Positions 21,898 through 32,050 of a stretch of 34,867 bases of DNA are shown here, piece by piece; the first letter of the stretch is position 1, and the number at the start of each line of letters is the position of its first letter. The position numbers and the translations under genes are program-made. The DNA comes from a virus. Its lineage: Duplodnaviria; Heunggongvirae; Uroviricota; Caudoviricetes. A model generated the notes under the pieces. It saw only the letters and a program-made list of their open reading frames with translations, had not been told where the DNA came from and searched no databases. The stretch lies in IMG/VR virus record IMGVR_UViG_2684622580_000006; one strand, 5' to 3'.

Positions 21898-24729
21898 ATG
21901 GCAAATAACAAAGTTAAACATTATAGAACAGACGTCGCCGGAAGAAAGCCAGAAGCAAAAAACATGCTTGATGGTGAAATCGCTATTAACTTAGCCGATC
22001 GAAAGATTTTCACTAAATTCGGTGACGCTGTTATTAACATCGGTAATGGTGCCGACGCTGTTGTTGAAGGTAGTCAGACCTTTACTGGCAAAATTAAAGC
22101 AAGTGATATTGAATCCGATTCGAATCTGACTTTAAAAAATCTTGATAAAAGCGATATTGTTTTTGCTGATGAACACGGTAAAGCAAAAGCACGTATTAGT
22201 TCTCCTGCTCAGACAGACTCTAAAGGTGAACTTCGTGTTACGGTAGCGAAAGGAAAAGCTACAGGAGAGAGTTCTGACTTCGTGCTTAACGGTAATGGTC
22301 AGTTATCTTTGCCTGCTGCTCCTGTTGCTCCTGATAGCGCTACGCGTAAAGATTACGTTGATTCTGAAATCAGCAAAGTTCAAACAGGTTCAAGTGCTGA
22401 CCTGACGAAACTCGAACAGAAAGTTGATGCTAACGACGCTGCTATTAACACTCGCGTTGATAATCTGAATTCAAAAGTTGACCAGAACGACACGGCTATT
22501 AATACGAAAGTTGATGCGAATAAAGCTGATGCTGACGAAAAGATTAAAGCAGTTAATGACCGTTTGACTGTTGATAATCAGACTCTGAAAGACATGATTG
22601 ACACCAAAGTTAATAAAGCTGGCGACACGATGACTGGCGACTTAACTGTTCCTAAGTTAAATGCTACTGACATTAGAACCACAAAGATGCTCGTTACAAC
22701 TAATCCTGTTGAAGCTAACGCTCTTGGTGATAACTCTATTGCTATGGGTGATGGTGATACAGGTCTGAAATGGCAATCTGATGGCAAATTGCAATCATGG
22801 TCGAATAATATTCCTGTAACAGAACTTGATAAGTCTGAAATCAAATTTAATAGAAACGCAACCTTTCGTTTCAGAAGCGATAACGGTGAAATTGACTTGA
22901 TGACTCCTGATGGTATGAGTCTTGTTAAAATTGATACTACGAAAGACGGTAATAACACTGGCGATTCTATCAGTTATCTGGGACTTGTTAACTCAGGAAA
23001 ATATAATCACTATCTGAGAGGCACAGGCAGAACTTATATTGATACTCACGAAGGTCTCGGTGTTGCTGGTCCTACAAGTTTCTATCAGACTATTTTTAAC
23101 AACAAAGGACACGGAAGCTACGATAGTGAATCATTGCCTATTTGGACTGATGCTGGATTTCAGACAAATCATCTTCGTAAACTTAGAGCTAGAGACGCCG
23201 CTACAATTTTTCATGAAGCTGTTGTTGGTGATCATGAAGATCCTAGAGCTAGACAATCGATAAGTTGGTGGCATGGCAATGGTCCTGAAACTTTCATTGC
23301 CTCGATGCAACAGGATGGAACAATTAACGCATATCGTTTTAATACGTCGGCTGAATATGAAGCGATTAATCTAAAAACGAAAAATCGCGAAGCTGCATAT
23401 ATTAGAGGCACAGACGGTGACAAAACCTCATGGTTATTTGGTCGTTTGAATCCCGGTGATAACAGGTTAATTGCTCGTTCTACTATCGACCAAGACGGAA
23501 GTTCTACTGTTGACTTGGAGTTGGATTCAGGAAGCAAATACTTCGGTGTTAATGTTGGTGGGAATAGAATTGCAAGATTTCATGAAAAGAATATTATTAT
23601 CGACGGAAGAAAATGGGCTGCAGACAATAGTCACGCGTGGGCAGACCAATGGAATCAACTTCCTCCTGTTGCTATAGAATTTGGTGCTGTTCCTGCTGCG
23701 AGTGATTATTATCCTGGTTATGCGTTACAAAGTAGCTCTGTTGGTTTTGGTTATTCAACTCGATTCGAACTTGGTATGATTCGTGCTCCTGCTGATCAAT
23801 TCGGTAAAGGTATTCTTCGTGTAGGAACATATGAAGAAGGTGCGTCGAAGAGAATGGCGAATTACGAGTTTGATATTGACGGAAGATTCGCAGTTCCTGG
23901 TAAAATTAATACTCCTTACGTGGAAACCGATCGTTTAACAAGCTTTGGTGTTCATACTAATAACTTGCTTGGTGGAAACTCTATTGCTTTCGGTGACCAA
24001 GATACGGGTATTCGTCAAAGATTCGACGGAAACTTAGAGATTATTACAGATTCGCTTCATCTGGCTACGTTTAATCCTTCAGGCTTAACTATTAATGATC
24101 GTATGATTTCAGTTAACGCTCCCAATAATTCTCGCGGTATTTACGTTGGAAATGTGAGAACTGGTAATGCTAATGCGATGATTCAAGGTCAAGTCGATGG
24201 ATGGGCTGATTGGGGTGCATGGCGTGATCGTCCTGCGGGAATGACCGTTGAAGCTCCTACTCGTTCGAAATGTATTAATATCTGGAAACATGTTCACTGG
24301 GGCACTGAATGGGGCGCTGCGATGGACGTTTATAATCCCGACGGTGCAGGTCCTGAAGCCCAATTACACGTTGGTGGTGCAAACTATCATTTCAGCGGTA
24401 ACGGAACAGCAAACGCCATTTCTTGGGTTAGCACTTCTGATAAACGTCTGAAATCAAATTTTGAAGAAATTGAAAACGCGGTTGATAAAGTCGAGAAACT
24501 TACTGGTTACGTATACGATAAGAAATCTGATTTAGTCGAAACTGAATATTCATTCGAAGTTCGTGAAGCAGGTATTATCGCTCAAGAATTGCAAGAGGTT
24601 CTTCCAGAAGCTGTTAGTTCTTTCGGACCTGACAAAATTCTTGGTGTTAACTCTGCTGCTGTAAACGCGTTGTTGGTTAATGCTATCAAGGAATTAAGTG
24701 CTCGCGTTAAAGAACTTGAAGCTAAATAA
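21898..24729 (+). CDS. Long tail fibre with C-terminal S74 intramolecular chaperone (auto-cleaving) domain
   Basis: 943 aa. N-terminus GEIAINLADRKIFTK, coiled-coil VDxNDxAINTxVD repeats, GDTMTGDL. C-terminus SDKRLKSNFEEIENAVDKVEKLTGYVYDKK...EAGIIAQELQEVLPEAV...LVNAIKEL is an endosialidase/T5 pb1-type chaperone domain (from about 24436). Confidence 0.85.
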   Translation: MANNKVKHYRTDVAGRKPEAKNMLDGEIAINLADRKIFTKFGDAVINIGNGADAVVEGSQTFTGKIKASDIESDSNLTLKNLDKSDIVFADEHGKAKARISSPAQTDSKGELRVTVAKGKATGESSDFVLNGNGQLSLPAAPVAPDSATRKDYVDSEISKVQTGSSADLTKLEQKVDANDAAINTRVDNLNSKVDQNDTAINTKVDANKADADEKIKAVNDRLTVDNQTLKDMIDTKVNKAGDTMTGDLTVPKLNATDIRTTKMLVTTNPVEANALGDNSIAMGDGDTGLKWQSDGKLQSWSNNIPVTELDKSEIKFNRNATFRFRSDNGEIDLMTPDGMSLVKIDTTKDGNNTGDSISYLGLVNSGKYNHYLRGTGRTYIDTHEGLGVAGPTSFYQTIFNNKGHGSYDSESLPIWTDAGFQTNHLRKLRARDAATIFHEAVVGDHEDPRARQSISWWHGNGPETFIASMQQDGTINAYRFNTSAEYEAINLKTKNREAAYIRGTDGDKTSWLFGRLNPGDNRLIARSTIDQDGSSTVDLELDSGSKYFGVNVGGNRIARFHEKNIIIDGRKWAADNSHAWADQWNQLPPVAIEFGAVPAASDYYPGYALQSSSVGFGYSTRFELGMIRAPADQFGKGILRVGTYEEGASKRMANYEFDIDGRFAVPGKINTPYVETDRLTSFGVHTNNLLGGNSIAFGDQDTGIRQRFDGNLEIITDSLHLATFNPSGLTINDRMISVNAPNNSRGIYVGNVRTGNANAMIQGQVDGWADWGAWRDRPAGMTVEAPTRSKCINIWKHVHWGTEWGAAMDVYNPDGAGPEAQLHVGGANYHFSGNGTANAISWVSTSDKRLKSNFEEIENAVDKVEKLTGYVYDKKSDLVETEYSFEVREAGIIAQELQEVLPEAVSSFGPDKILGVNSAAVNALLVNAIKELSARVKELEAK

Positions 24730-24790
24730 CGAAAATGGGAGAAATCCCCTTTGCTAAATAAACTATATTAACTCAAATAGGAAATTAAAA

Positions 24791-25270
24791 ATGGCAGACA
24801 AATTTGATATTTTTGCTGGCTCTTACGTCAGTGTGTTCTATAACTCAGAAATCACAAACACTGATATTAATTCAGAAAAGTTTGTTGAAATTCCTGAAAC
24901 TGGTGCATTCCCTTCTACGGGTATTGAGCGAGAAGTTATTACAGCTCCTAACTTCTCTCACAAATATTCCCGTAAACTGGTTGGTCGTGGCTCTGTTCCT
25001 GATATCGACTTGACTGTTAACTATATTCCAGAAAGCGTTCATGATGTTCTGATTAAGCTTGCGGAAGATGGCAAACGTGGTCAGTTCAAAATCGTTTATT
25101 GGGTCGATGCTTCTAAAGATCTGGGTGTTGCAAAAGTCTATAACGGCTTCTTGTCAAGCGCTGTTCACAATGGTGGAGAATCAGAAGTTTCTGGTCTGAC
25201 TCTGACTCTTTCTGTTGACGGTGGTCCAGTTGCTTCAGGCGTTATCGATACAACTACTCCTACTCCGTAA
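24791..25270 (+). CDS. Major tail tube protein candidate (159 aa)
   Basis: Size, position, a strong terminator right after it (typical of abundantly expressed structural genes), and paralogy with the N-domain of the 20857 product. Confidence 0.5.
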   Translation: MADKFDIFAGSYVSVFYNSEITNTDINSEKFVEIPETGAFPSTGIEREVITAPNFSHKYSRKLVGRGSVPDIDLTVNYIPESVHDVLIKLAEDGKRGQFKIVYWVDASKDLGVAKVYNGFLSSAVHNGGESEVSGLTLTLSVDGGPVASGVIDTTTPTP

Positions 25271-25287
25271 TATCGAAGTTGAACGAA

Positions 25288-25311
25288 GGACTCCTTGTGA
25301 GTCCTTTTTTT
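25288..25311 (+). terminator. Intrinsic terminator GGACTC-cttgt-GAGTCC + T7
   Basis: Perfect 6-bp stem (8 bp with flanking aa/tt) and a T-run. Shares the cgaaggactcc prefix with the terminator at 20103. Confidence 0.85.
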
Positions 25312-25338
25312 GGCTCTAAATAAAGTCAGAGGTGAAAC

Positions 25339-25755
25339 ATGTTTAAATTTCAAGCTGACTTATCAAAATTACTGAATCGATATATCAACAAAGAACATCA
25401 ATTCGGTCAAAACGACTGTAATATCCTTGTTGCTGAATATATCGACCTTGTTTGTGTTACTGAATACACAGACAAATTAAAAGACAAATATACGAGTATT
25501 CCTGAAGGTCTCAAGATTTGCAAAAAACTCACTGGTTTTAACAACGTTCTCGAAGCTTGTGAAAATCATCTTGAGAAATCAGAAAAGATAGAAACTGGCT
25601 CGGTTATCTTAATTAAGAAAAAACATAAAAACCGTGTCTATTACGTTGCGTCCATCGTTTTCAATAATCAAGCATTAGTTGAACACGAAAACAAATACAA
25701 ACTAGTGAACGTCAACGATTTTAACTTTGAATTAATTTTTAACAGGAGAAAATAA
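25339..25755 (+). CDS. Small tail-tip-associated protein, possibly NlpC/P60-like (gpK / GTA g14 position)
   Basis: 138 aa, TAATG-coupled to the J-like gene, with the Cys motif [11 protein letters not shown]. Assignment rests mainly on position. Confidence 0.3.
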   Translation: MFKFQADLSKLLNRYINKEHQFGQNDCNILVAEYIDLVCVTEYTDKLKDKYTSIPEGLKICKKLTGFNNVLEACENHLEKSEKIETGSVILIKKKHKNRVYYVASIVFNNQALVEHENKYKLVNVNDFNFELIFNRRK

Positions 25756-28700
25756 TGGCCATTGCTGCTATTGGTGCAATTATTGCGGGTGCTTCCGCTG
25801 CTGCTGCTGCATATGCCGCTGGTGCTGCAATTGCTGTTGCTATCGGTATTGGTGTTGCTGTTGCTGCTGTTTCGGGATTAATGTCCTATTCGATGAAAGA
25901 ATCTGTTCCTCGATTTAATAGCGCAGACACTGCAACGACATTAGGAACAACGTCTGACCCTGCAAGCGTAATTCCTATTATCTACGGCGAACAACGCACA
26001 GGGACAATTAACGTTTGGAAAGCTGTTGGTGTCGATACGACTTATCTGGTGCAAGTCTTTGCAATCTGTGAAGGAGAAGTTGATAGCTTCAAAAACCTGT
26101 ATATGGATAATCAGAAAATCTTACTTGATGGAACTTACAGAGATGGAATTTTAGATAAAGGCTCTATCGCTGCCGAATATCAGAATTTCGTTGAAATTGA
26201 ATTCTCAACTGGTAAACCATACGGTCACGTTTTCACGCTTGCTCAAAAATATCTGGGTAATGATGTTGCTGGTTGGCCTGATTCTGCAACTGGTAATGGT
26301 ATCGCTTCTGTGTGTGTTGTTATGCGCAAACGTAACACAGACTTAGAAAACCAAGCTGATATTCTGCAACCTAACAGTCAAGTAGCTGTTGACGTTAGAG
26401 GACGTTTGATTACAGACCTGAACACAGGAGGCATCGTCCCTTCAAACAATGGTCCTAGTCAAGCAGTCGATTATCTGACGAACGAACGTTACGGTCTGGG
26501 TATTCCACTTGATAAAATCAATCTTGATAGTTTCAAGCAATGTGCAGAACACGCAAAACTGAACAGTCTGTTTTCTAACGGTGCAACTGACCCGAATGGT
26601 TCATTCAAAGAAAACTTAACTCAGATTGCAGGTGCTTTTAACGGTATTATCACTGAATCTTTCGGACTGGTTACTTGCGTTATCGATGGTCCTGGTGTTG
26701 TTCAATATGATTTCAACGAAGATAATATTAATGCTGGAACTGTTAGCTTGAATGATGGCGGAACAGAGAATTACTACAATACTCTGAACGTGAAATATCA
26801 AGATCCTGAAATCGATTATTCTGACCAAGTTCTTCGTTATCCGTCTGACGTAACAAATGATGGAACTATCGCGAAAGACAAACGTATTATCGCAAAAGAT
26901 ATCAGTTACAGATTCGTTAAAGGAAAAGACCAGTTAGACAAAATTGCTTCAATCGAACGAAGCAAATCACTGTTACAACAGGTTATTAGTTTTTCTTCTA
27001 CTGATGCTTATACCGTACAAGTATGGGATATTATCAGAGTTAATTTCGAAGAACTGGAACTGACTGATTCATTATGGCGAGTAACTAACGTTGATCGCAC
27101 GATGGAAAAAGGTGCTGCTGGTATCGTTACTATTACCGCTGCTGAATATATCGAAGAAGTTTATACCGATCTTGACTACGCGAAAGACCCGGATAACTCA
27201 GGAAGTAACATTCCAAACAAAGCTGTTCTTATTCCACCGAAGAATCTGACAGTTAAAGCAGTTGCTGAAACAGCACTCGGAAGAACTTTGAAAGTGCAAT
27301 GGACGTCTGAACCTGATTATAACCGCGCAGGTTATTATATTCAGTATAGTCTTGCTGGCAAGAACTCCTGGACTCAAGCAGGTTTCACATCAGGCGATTA
27401 TTTCTTGATTATGAGTCTTGATCCTAATCAGAAATTTGATATTCGTGTTTGTGCTTCTGGTGTTGTGTATCGTTCAGATTGGGTATATGTGAATAACGTT
27501 AACCCTGATGTTACGTATAACTTACCAAGCGTCACAGGATTACGCCTAGTGAACGCGGTTGAAAATCAGTACACCACTAACAAGACTCAATTTGAATTCG
27601 CTTGGGACGACCAGAGCGCACAGAAATTCTATGTTGACGACACGTTACAGACATTCGGTGAAGTTTTTCAATATTACGAAATTAAACTCGAAGGTCAACG
27701 TCCTGTAATTTGCAAGACTAAAGATTTAGGTTTTGTATATGACTTTAATATGAACTTGGGTAATGGTCTGAGTCGTGAACTGAAAGTTTCTGTTACTGCA
27801 TACGGTCACGCTGGTATGAAATCAGATCCGAGTATTATTACTGTTAAGAACAATCAAGCTCCTGCGATTCAAGGTTTCACAGCTTCTAATGGTCCTGGAA
27901 TGCTGATGTGTTCATGGAATGACCCACGCGATAATATTCCTGAAGTTCCTGACTTCAAAGGCACAATCGTTCATATTGCGAAAGACCAAAGCTTTAATGA
28001 AATTGTCCACGTTTATTCAAGCTCAAGTCCGTTTTTAGACAACTTCCCGTTAGAAGATGGTCAATTCTATGTTCGTGCAGCATGGTATGACGTTTTCGGA
28101 CAAGACCAGATTACTTGGTCACAGGCGACTTATATCGATATGAAATGGGATATTCCATGGAACGACGATATGAAAGACCAGTTGGAAGACTTGTTAGATC
28201 TGAACAACCGAGTTGATGGTGCTATCGATGAAGCGTTGAAACTTGCTAAGGAATATACTGACACCGAGGTTATTGCTTCTGAACAAAAAGTTGTTACCGA
28301 ACTGAATCAGACAATCACAACGAAAAACACCGAACTGTATACACAAATTACAGATGAAACGAATGGCGCTATTAATCAGGCTATTACGATTCAAGAGGCG
28401 AATTTCGATGGAAAACTGAATTCAGCAATCACTAAAGTTGAAAAAACTCAAGCTGATGATAGAGAGGCAACTGCAAGTTCTATTAGCCAACTGAAAGCTG
28501 AAACTGACTCGGCAATTGCAAGTGTTTCAACAGAAGCAAAAGCAAGCGTTGACGAACTGACAGGAACTATTAACAGCAAATGGGCAGTTCAGACTAATGC
28601 CGACGGTGTTGTTGCTGGTATCAGTATGCTCGCTAATAAAAATGCTGACGGTTCGAAATCATCAAGCATTATTTTCAACGCTGATAAAATCGCTATTACG

Positions 28701-29444
28701 AATAACAACACTCCTGAAGGTGCTGTTCCTCCGTTCATGGTTGCAGATAATAAGACTTATCTTCAAGATGCTATGATTCGCGATGCTTCAATCGGTAATG
28801 CGAAAATTGGTTATGCTGCTATTGATACAGCGAAGATTCAAGACGCTGCTATTAACAACGCTAAAATTCAAGATGGTGCTATTACATCAGCGAAGATCGG
28901 TAATGCTCAGATCGGTAATGCTCAGATTGCTTATGAAATATCGTCTGATAACTGGTTCCCTTCCGGTGGTACTCAAGGTTGGACAATCAGAAAAGACGGT
29001 TGGGCTTCTTTCCAAAACGTTAATATCAGAGGTAACATTCAAGCAGATTCTGGTTATTTCGCAGGTGAAATCAGAGGCGGTTCAGGTTATTTCACAGGAA
29101 CTGTATACGCTGACAGAATTGAAGGTGACGTTATCAAAATGGGTCATATAGATCCGTGGACAACAGTTCATATTCCTGCTGTTAACTGGAACAGAGTAAT
29201 TGCTATTCCAAACCTTGCGATTTCAGGCAGAACTTATTCTGGTGGCGCTTGGGGCTACGGAACTGCATGGATTAATATGACGAACGGTCAAGAAATCGTA
29301 AGAACAGTTACCAGTGCAATGAGTGGTTCAAACGGTGGTACGGCTATTATCTATGCGGGACAAGCTGTTGATTTGAGTTACGGTGCTGACTTGAATCATG
29401 CGACCGCAGCAAGAGCAGTTTACTTTATCAGTAAACAACAATAA
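25755..29444 (+). CDS. Central tail fibre / host-specificity protein (lambda J / GTA g15-like) with FN3-like domains
   Basis: 1229 aa. Ala/Gly-rich hydrophobic N-terminus, FN3-like segment ([35 protein letters not shown]...), coiled coil, then IxxAx pentapeptide repeats near the C-terminus. Confidence 0.7.
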   Translation: MAIAAIGAIIAGASAAAAAYAAGAAIAVAIGIGVAVAAVSGLMSYSMKESVPRFNSADTATTLGTTSDPASVIPIIYGEQRTGTINVWKAVGVDTTYLVQVFAICEGEVDSFKNLYMDNQKILLDGTYRDGILDKGSIAAEYQNFVEIEFSTGKPYGHVFTLAQKYLGNDVAGWPDSATGNGIASVCVVMRKRNTDLENQADILQPNSQVAVDVRGRLITDLNTGGIVPSNNGPSQAVDYLTNERYGLGIPLDKINLDSFKQCAEHAKLNSLFSNGATDPNGSFKENLTQIAGAFNGIITESFGLVTCVIDGPGVVQYDFNEDNINAGTVSLNDGGTENYYNTLNVKYQDPEIDYSDQVLRYPSDVTNDGTIAKDKRIIAKDISYRFVKGKDQLDKIASIERSKSLLQQVISFSSTDAYTVQVWDIIRVNFEELELTDSLWRVTNVDRTMEKGAAGIVTITAAEYIEEVYTDLDYAKDPDNSGSNIPNKAVLIPPKNLTVKAVAETALGRTLKVQWTSEPDYNRAGYYIQYSLAGKNSWTQAGFTSGDYFLIMSLDPNQKFDIRVCASGVVYRSDWVYVNNVNPDVTYNLPSVTGLRLVNAVENQYTTNKTQFEFAWDDQSAQKFYVDDTLQTFGEVFQYYEIKLEGQRPVICKTKDLGFVYDFNMNLGNGLSRELKVSVTAYGHAGMKSDPSIITVKNNQAPAIQGFTASNGPGMLMCSWNDPRDNIPEVPDFKGTIVHIAKDQSFNEIVHVYSSSSPFLDNFPLEDGQFYVRAAWYDVFGQDQITWSQATYIDMKWDIPWNDDMKDQLEDLLDLNNRVDGAIDEALKLAKEYTDTEVIASEQKVVTELNQTITTKNTELYTQITDETNGAINQAITIQEANFDGKLNSAITKVEKTQADDREATASSISQLKAETDSAIASVSTEAKASVDELTGTINSKWAVQTNADGVVAGISMLANKNADGSKSSSIIFNADKIAITNNNTPEGAVPPFMVADNKTYLQDAMIRDASIGNAKIGYAAIDTAKIQDAAINNAKIQDGAITSAKIGNAQIGNAQIAYEISSDNWFPSGGTQGWTIRKDGWASFQNVNIRGNIQADSGYFAGEIRGGSGYFTGTVYADRIEGDVIKMGHIDPWTTVHIPAVNWNRVIAIPNLAISGRTYSGGAWGYGTAWINMTNGQEIVRTVTSAMSGSNGGTAIIYAGQAVDLSYGADLNHATAARAVYFISKQQ

Positions 29445-29488
29445 CGTTCTAAATAAAGACAAGGAGGTCTTTAAAAAGGAGATTCAAG

Positions 29489-29773
29489 ATGGTCGATATG
29501 GCACTGATCATTTCCATCTTGGGTGCTCTAGGAGGTTTCTTGGCTTGGGTTTATGCCGAAATTAAATCAAACAATGAAAAACGACTTGACCTTGAGAAAC
29601 GTTTCTCAGACATCGAAAAAAGCATTGCCGTTAATGACGCAAAAGATGCTTCGCTTATAAGCGATATAACCAGACAACAGGATGAATTTCGAGAGGTCAA
29701 ATCTGATTTGAAGAATTTAGAAGGAAGGACATCAAAGCTAGACATCGACCTAGCAGTTCTAAGAGGAAAATGA
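29489..29773 (+). CDS. Membrane-anchored coiled-coil protein (94 aa; i-spanin-like or holin-associated)
   Basis: One N-terminal TM helix (ALIISILGALGGFLAWVYA) followed by a coiled coil. ATGA overlap with the next gene. Confidence 0.4.
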   Translation: MVDMALIISILGALGGFLAWVYAEIKSNNEKRLDLEKRFSDIEKSIAVNDAKDASLISDITRQQDEFREVKSDLKNLEGRTSKLDIDLAVLRGK

Positions 29774-30246
29774 AAAGAAAAGAGATTCCGATTTATAAGC
29801 AAGAACTCTTTCAAAAGCAAAAAGGTCTTTGTGCGTTAACAGGCATAAAGATTCACGAAGTTAATAAAGCCCATCTTGACCATGACCATATTTTAACAGG
29901 CTCTAACGCAGGCAGATGCAGAGGATTATTAATCGCTCAAGCAAACGTCCTCGAGGGTAGAATAAAACATCAGTTTAAACGTTCAGGTCTCGATGGGAAA
30001 ATTGACTACATCGAGTTTTTAAAGAATCTTGTTCAGTATCTTGAAAAAGACTACTCAGACAATCCTACGCATCCACAACTTATTCCCGATTTAAAGAAAG
30101 CGTTCTCTCGAAAAAATCTTTCTGAGATGAAAGCTATTACAGGTTCAAACCTTAAAACGAAAAAGGAGCTTGAAAAAGTCTACTCAAACCAAATAAAGGT
30201 GAAATATGAAAATGAAATATCTCCAAGCAATGGCAAAACACGCTAA
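29770..30246 (+). CDS. Endonuclease VII-like (T4 gp49 family) protein, Cys-depleted variant
   Basis: QKGLCALTG...AHLDHDHILTGSNAGRCRGLLIAQANVLEGR matches the Endo VII core (Q.G.C..C...DHDH.TG..RG.LC..CN..G), but three of the four zinc-ligand Cys positions are replaced. Confidence 0.65.
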   Translation: MKRKEIPIYKQELFQKQKGLCALTGIKIHEVNKAHLDHDHILTGSNAGRCRGLLIAQANVLEGRIKHQFKRSGLDGKIDYIEFLKNLVQYLEKDYSDNPTHPQLIPDLKKAFSRKNLSEMKAITGSNLKTKKELEKVYSNQIKVKYENEISPSNGKTR

Positions 30247-30403
30247 AGATTATCTTATTGTTCTATTTCTCGTTACTGTAACTTATAACACTGTTGCTGT
30301 TCCTGTTCTGCAAGCTTTCGATATTAAAGCGCCTAAAATGATTCTTATCAGCGAAGAACAGATTAAAACATTCGGGGCACTTCTGATGTCAGGAGTGAAC
30401 TAA
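30206..30403 (+). CDS. Small membrane protein (65 aa, one TM helix)
   Basis: aaggtg SD before ATG 30206. Overlaps the Endo VII-like 3' end by 41 nt and is TAATG-coupled to the next gene. TM segment YLIVLFLVTVTYNTVAVPVL. Confidence 0.45.
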   Translation: MKMKYLQAMAKHAKDYLIVLFLVTVTYNTVAVPVLQAFDIKAPKMILISEEQIKTFGALLMSGVN

Positions 30404-30945
30404 TGGCAAAAGCAAAAGATGTTATGAAAGACCTTGAAAAATGGCGAATCAAAGAATCTGACGTGTTCAGTAAGAAAGTAACCAAAGCGTCTAAACTCGC
30501 TTCTGTTGAGTTGCAAAGAAAAATCAATAGACGTGTTGACGGACCAGTTAATTTCACTAAGAACGCAGTAGGTTTCAGTTTCAGATACGATCAGAACGGG
30601 TCACGAAATAGAATATTCATCAAAGACAAGCAGGCTGATTATCTTGCTCCGTTGATTGATGATAACAAAGGAATTAACAAGTTTGTTCCAACTGGCGTAA
30701 GAGGTTCAAAGAACAAATTCGGTAACATTCCTAACTTGAAATCAAGAAATAATCTTGAAGCTGTCAAACAGAAAAAAGATGGCGTAACTCGAACGATCCT
30801 CATTAAAACTAACGTTAAAAAGCAAGACCGTCGTTTAATTGCTGTGTTCAAGAAAAATCAACATAGAAGAAAAACTCTGGGTTCATGGAATCAAATCTCT
30901 GACGATTTTTTCAAAACCGTTAAGCGTGTTGCGGGCACTAAATAA
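30403..30945 (+). CDS. Tail completion protein candidate (lambda gpZ-like position and style, basic 180 aa)
   Basis: Position two genes before the chaperone pair; a basic protein with an N-terminal helical segment; weak resemblance only. Confidence 0.3.
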   Translation: MAKAKDVMKDLEKWRIKESDVFSKKVTKASKLASVELQRKINRRVDGPVNFTKNAVGFSFRYDQNGSRNRIFIKDKQADYLAPLIDDNKGINKFVPTGVRGSKNKFGNIPNLKSRNNLEAVKQKKDGVTRTILIKTNVKKQDRRLIAVFKKNQHRRKTLGSWNQISDDFFKTVKRVAGTK

Positions 30946-30962
30946 AGTCAAAAGGAGAACAA

Positions 30963-31280
30963 ATGAACATTCACGATTTTGATACTTACAGATTAGACGA
31001 ACTTGCCGACATCTACGTTAACGAGATTAATCCCGAGTCAATGACTGTTCCTTACGGTTGCGAACACATCAAAGATAAGCGCATTAAAAAATATCTGTTC
31101 AACGATAAAAACGTTTTTATTGTTTCAACACAAAAGAAAAAACCTAATTGTCATTTCAAATTAGGACAGACAGTTCGACTGCAAGGTCCATTTTTTGAGA
31201 CCGAAGCGAAGAACTTAGGAATGATTGAATATATCCACAAAGGTTTCAGAATGTACGGATATTTCTTTCAATGGAAATAA
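30963..31280 (+). CDS. Hypothetical tail-module protein (105 aa; gpU-position)
   Basis: ORF with aaaggaga SD, inside the tail operon. Confidence 0.3.
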   Translation: MNIHDFDTYRLDELADIYVNEINPESMTVPYGCEHIKDKRIKKYLFNDKNVFIVSTQKKKPNCHFKLGQTVRLQGPFFETEAKNLGMIEYIHKGFRMYGYFFQWK

Positions 31281-31343
31281 CAAAAGGAAGCCTCGCGCTC
31301 CCTTTTTCATAAATAAAAGAAAACTCAACAAAGGGAAACAAAA

Positions 31344-31652
31344 ATGAATTTCGATGAAATGTTAGCATCATTATCACCAAAACGCGAAGCTGTTGAAATC
31401 AACGGTTATAAATTCTATGCACGTCCGATGACTGTATCCGAGTTTGGTGAATTCTATTTCAAAAATGAAAACACAGAAGAACGTAATGACCGAATGATTC
31501 TGAATTGTATTCAGCACGAAGACGGAACAAGCGTTTTTAAAGAAATCTCTCAAGTTCAGAAACTTTATACAACTGTTCGTTCGCAACTCGCAAGCGCTGT
31601 TTCAAACGCTAGTATTCTGACTAAGGATTCAGACATTCTGGAAAAGAACTAA
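31344..31652 (+). CDS. Tail assembly chaperone (gpG analogue)
   Basis: 102 aa, immediately upstream of the T-like ORF and the tape measure gene; acidic, typical size. Confidence 0.7.
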   Translation: MNFDEMLASLSPKREAVEINGYKFYARPMTVSEFGEFYFKNENTEERNDRMILNCIQHEDGTSVFKEISQVQKLYTTVRSQLASAVSNASILTKDSDILEKN

Positions 31653-31687
31653 GACAGAACTGGGCAAAATCATTTCAGTATCGAACA

Positions 31688-32050
31688 ATGTTACGTCGCG
31701 GATTATCTAACGAAGAAATTCAACAGATGTCCGTAATGATGTATTATGAATTATGGTTTTTCGATTCGTTTATTGAACCACAAAGTCCTGTCTATAACGA
31801 TTTCTATCAAGCTCGATTGATTCACACTATCGAAGCAAATAACCCGAATCTGACCAAAGAGTACAGGAAAAAGTTGAACATGAAAGACCATCAGCTTATT
31901 AAAGATTCTGTGTTTAAGTCTCAAGAAGAAATCGAAAAAGAGAAAGAACAACAGGAGATTAAACGTAAGAAAGCTATTGAATCGATGTTCGACCCAGCTC
32001 TGTTAGATAAAGTTAAACTGAGAAAAACAAAAAAGGTGAATAATGGCTAA
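31688..32050 (+). CDS. Tail assembly chaperone frameshift extension (gpT analogue; likely made as a G-T fusion)
   Basis: This ORF is in the -1 frame relative to 31344-31652, and that frame is open from 31625, overlapping the end of the G-like gene. G GAA AAG lies at 31640-31646. Confidence 0.6.
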   Translation: MLRRGLSNEEIQQMSVMMYYELWFFDSFIEPQSPVYNDFYQARLIHTIEANNPNLTKEYRKKLNMKDHQLIKDSVFKSQEEIEKEKEQQEIKRKKAIESMFDPALLDKVKLRKTKKVNNG

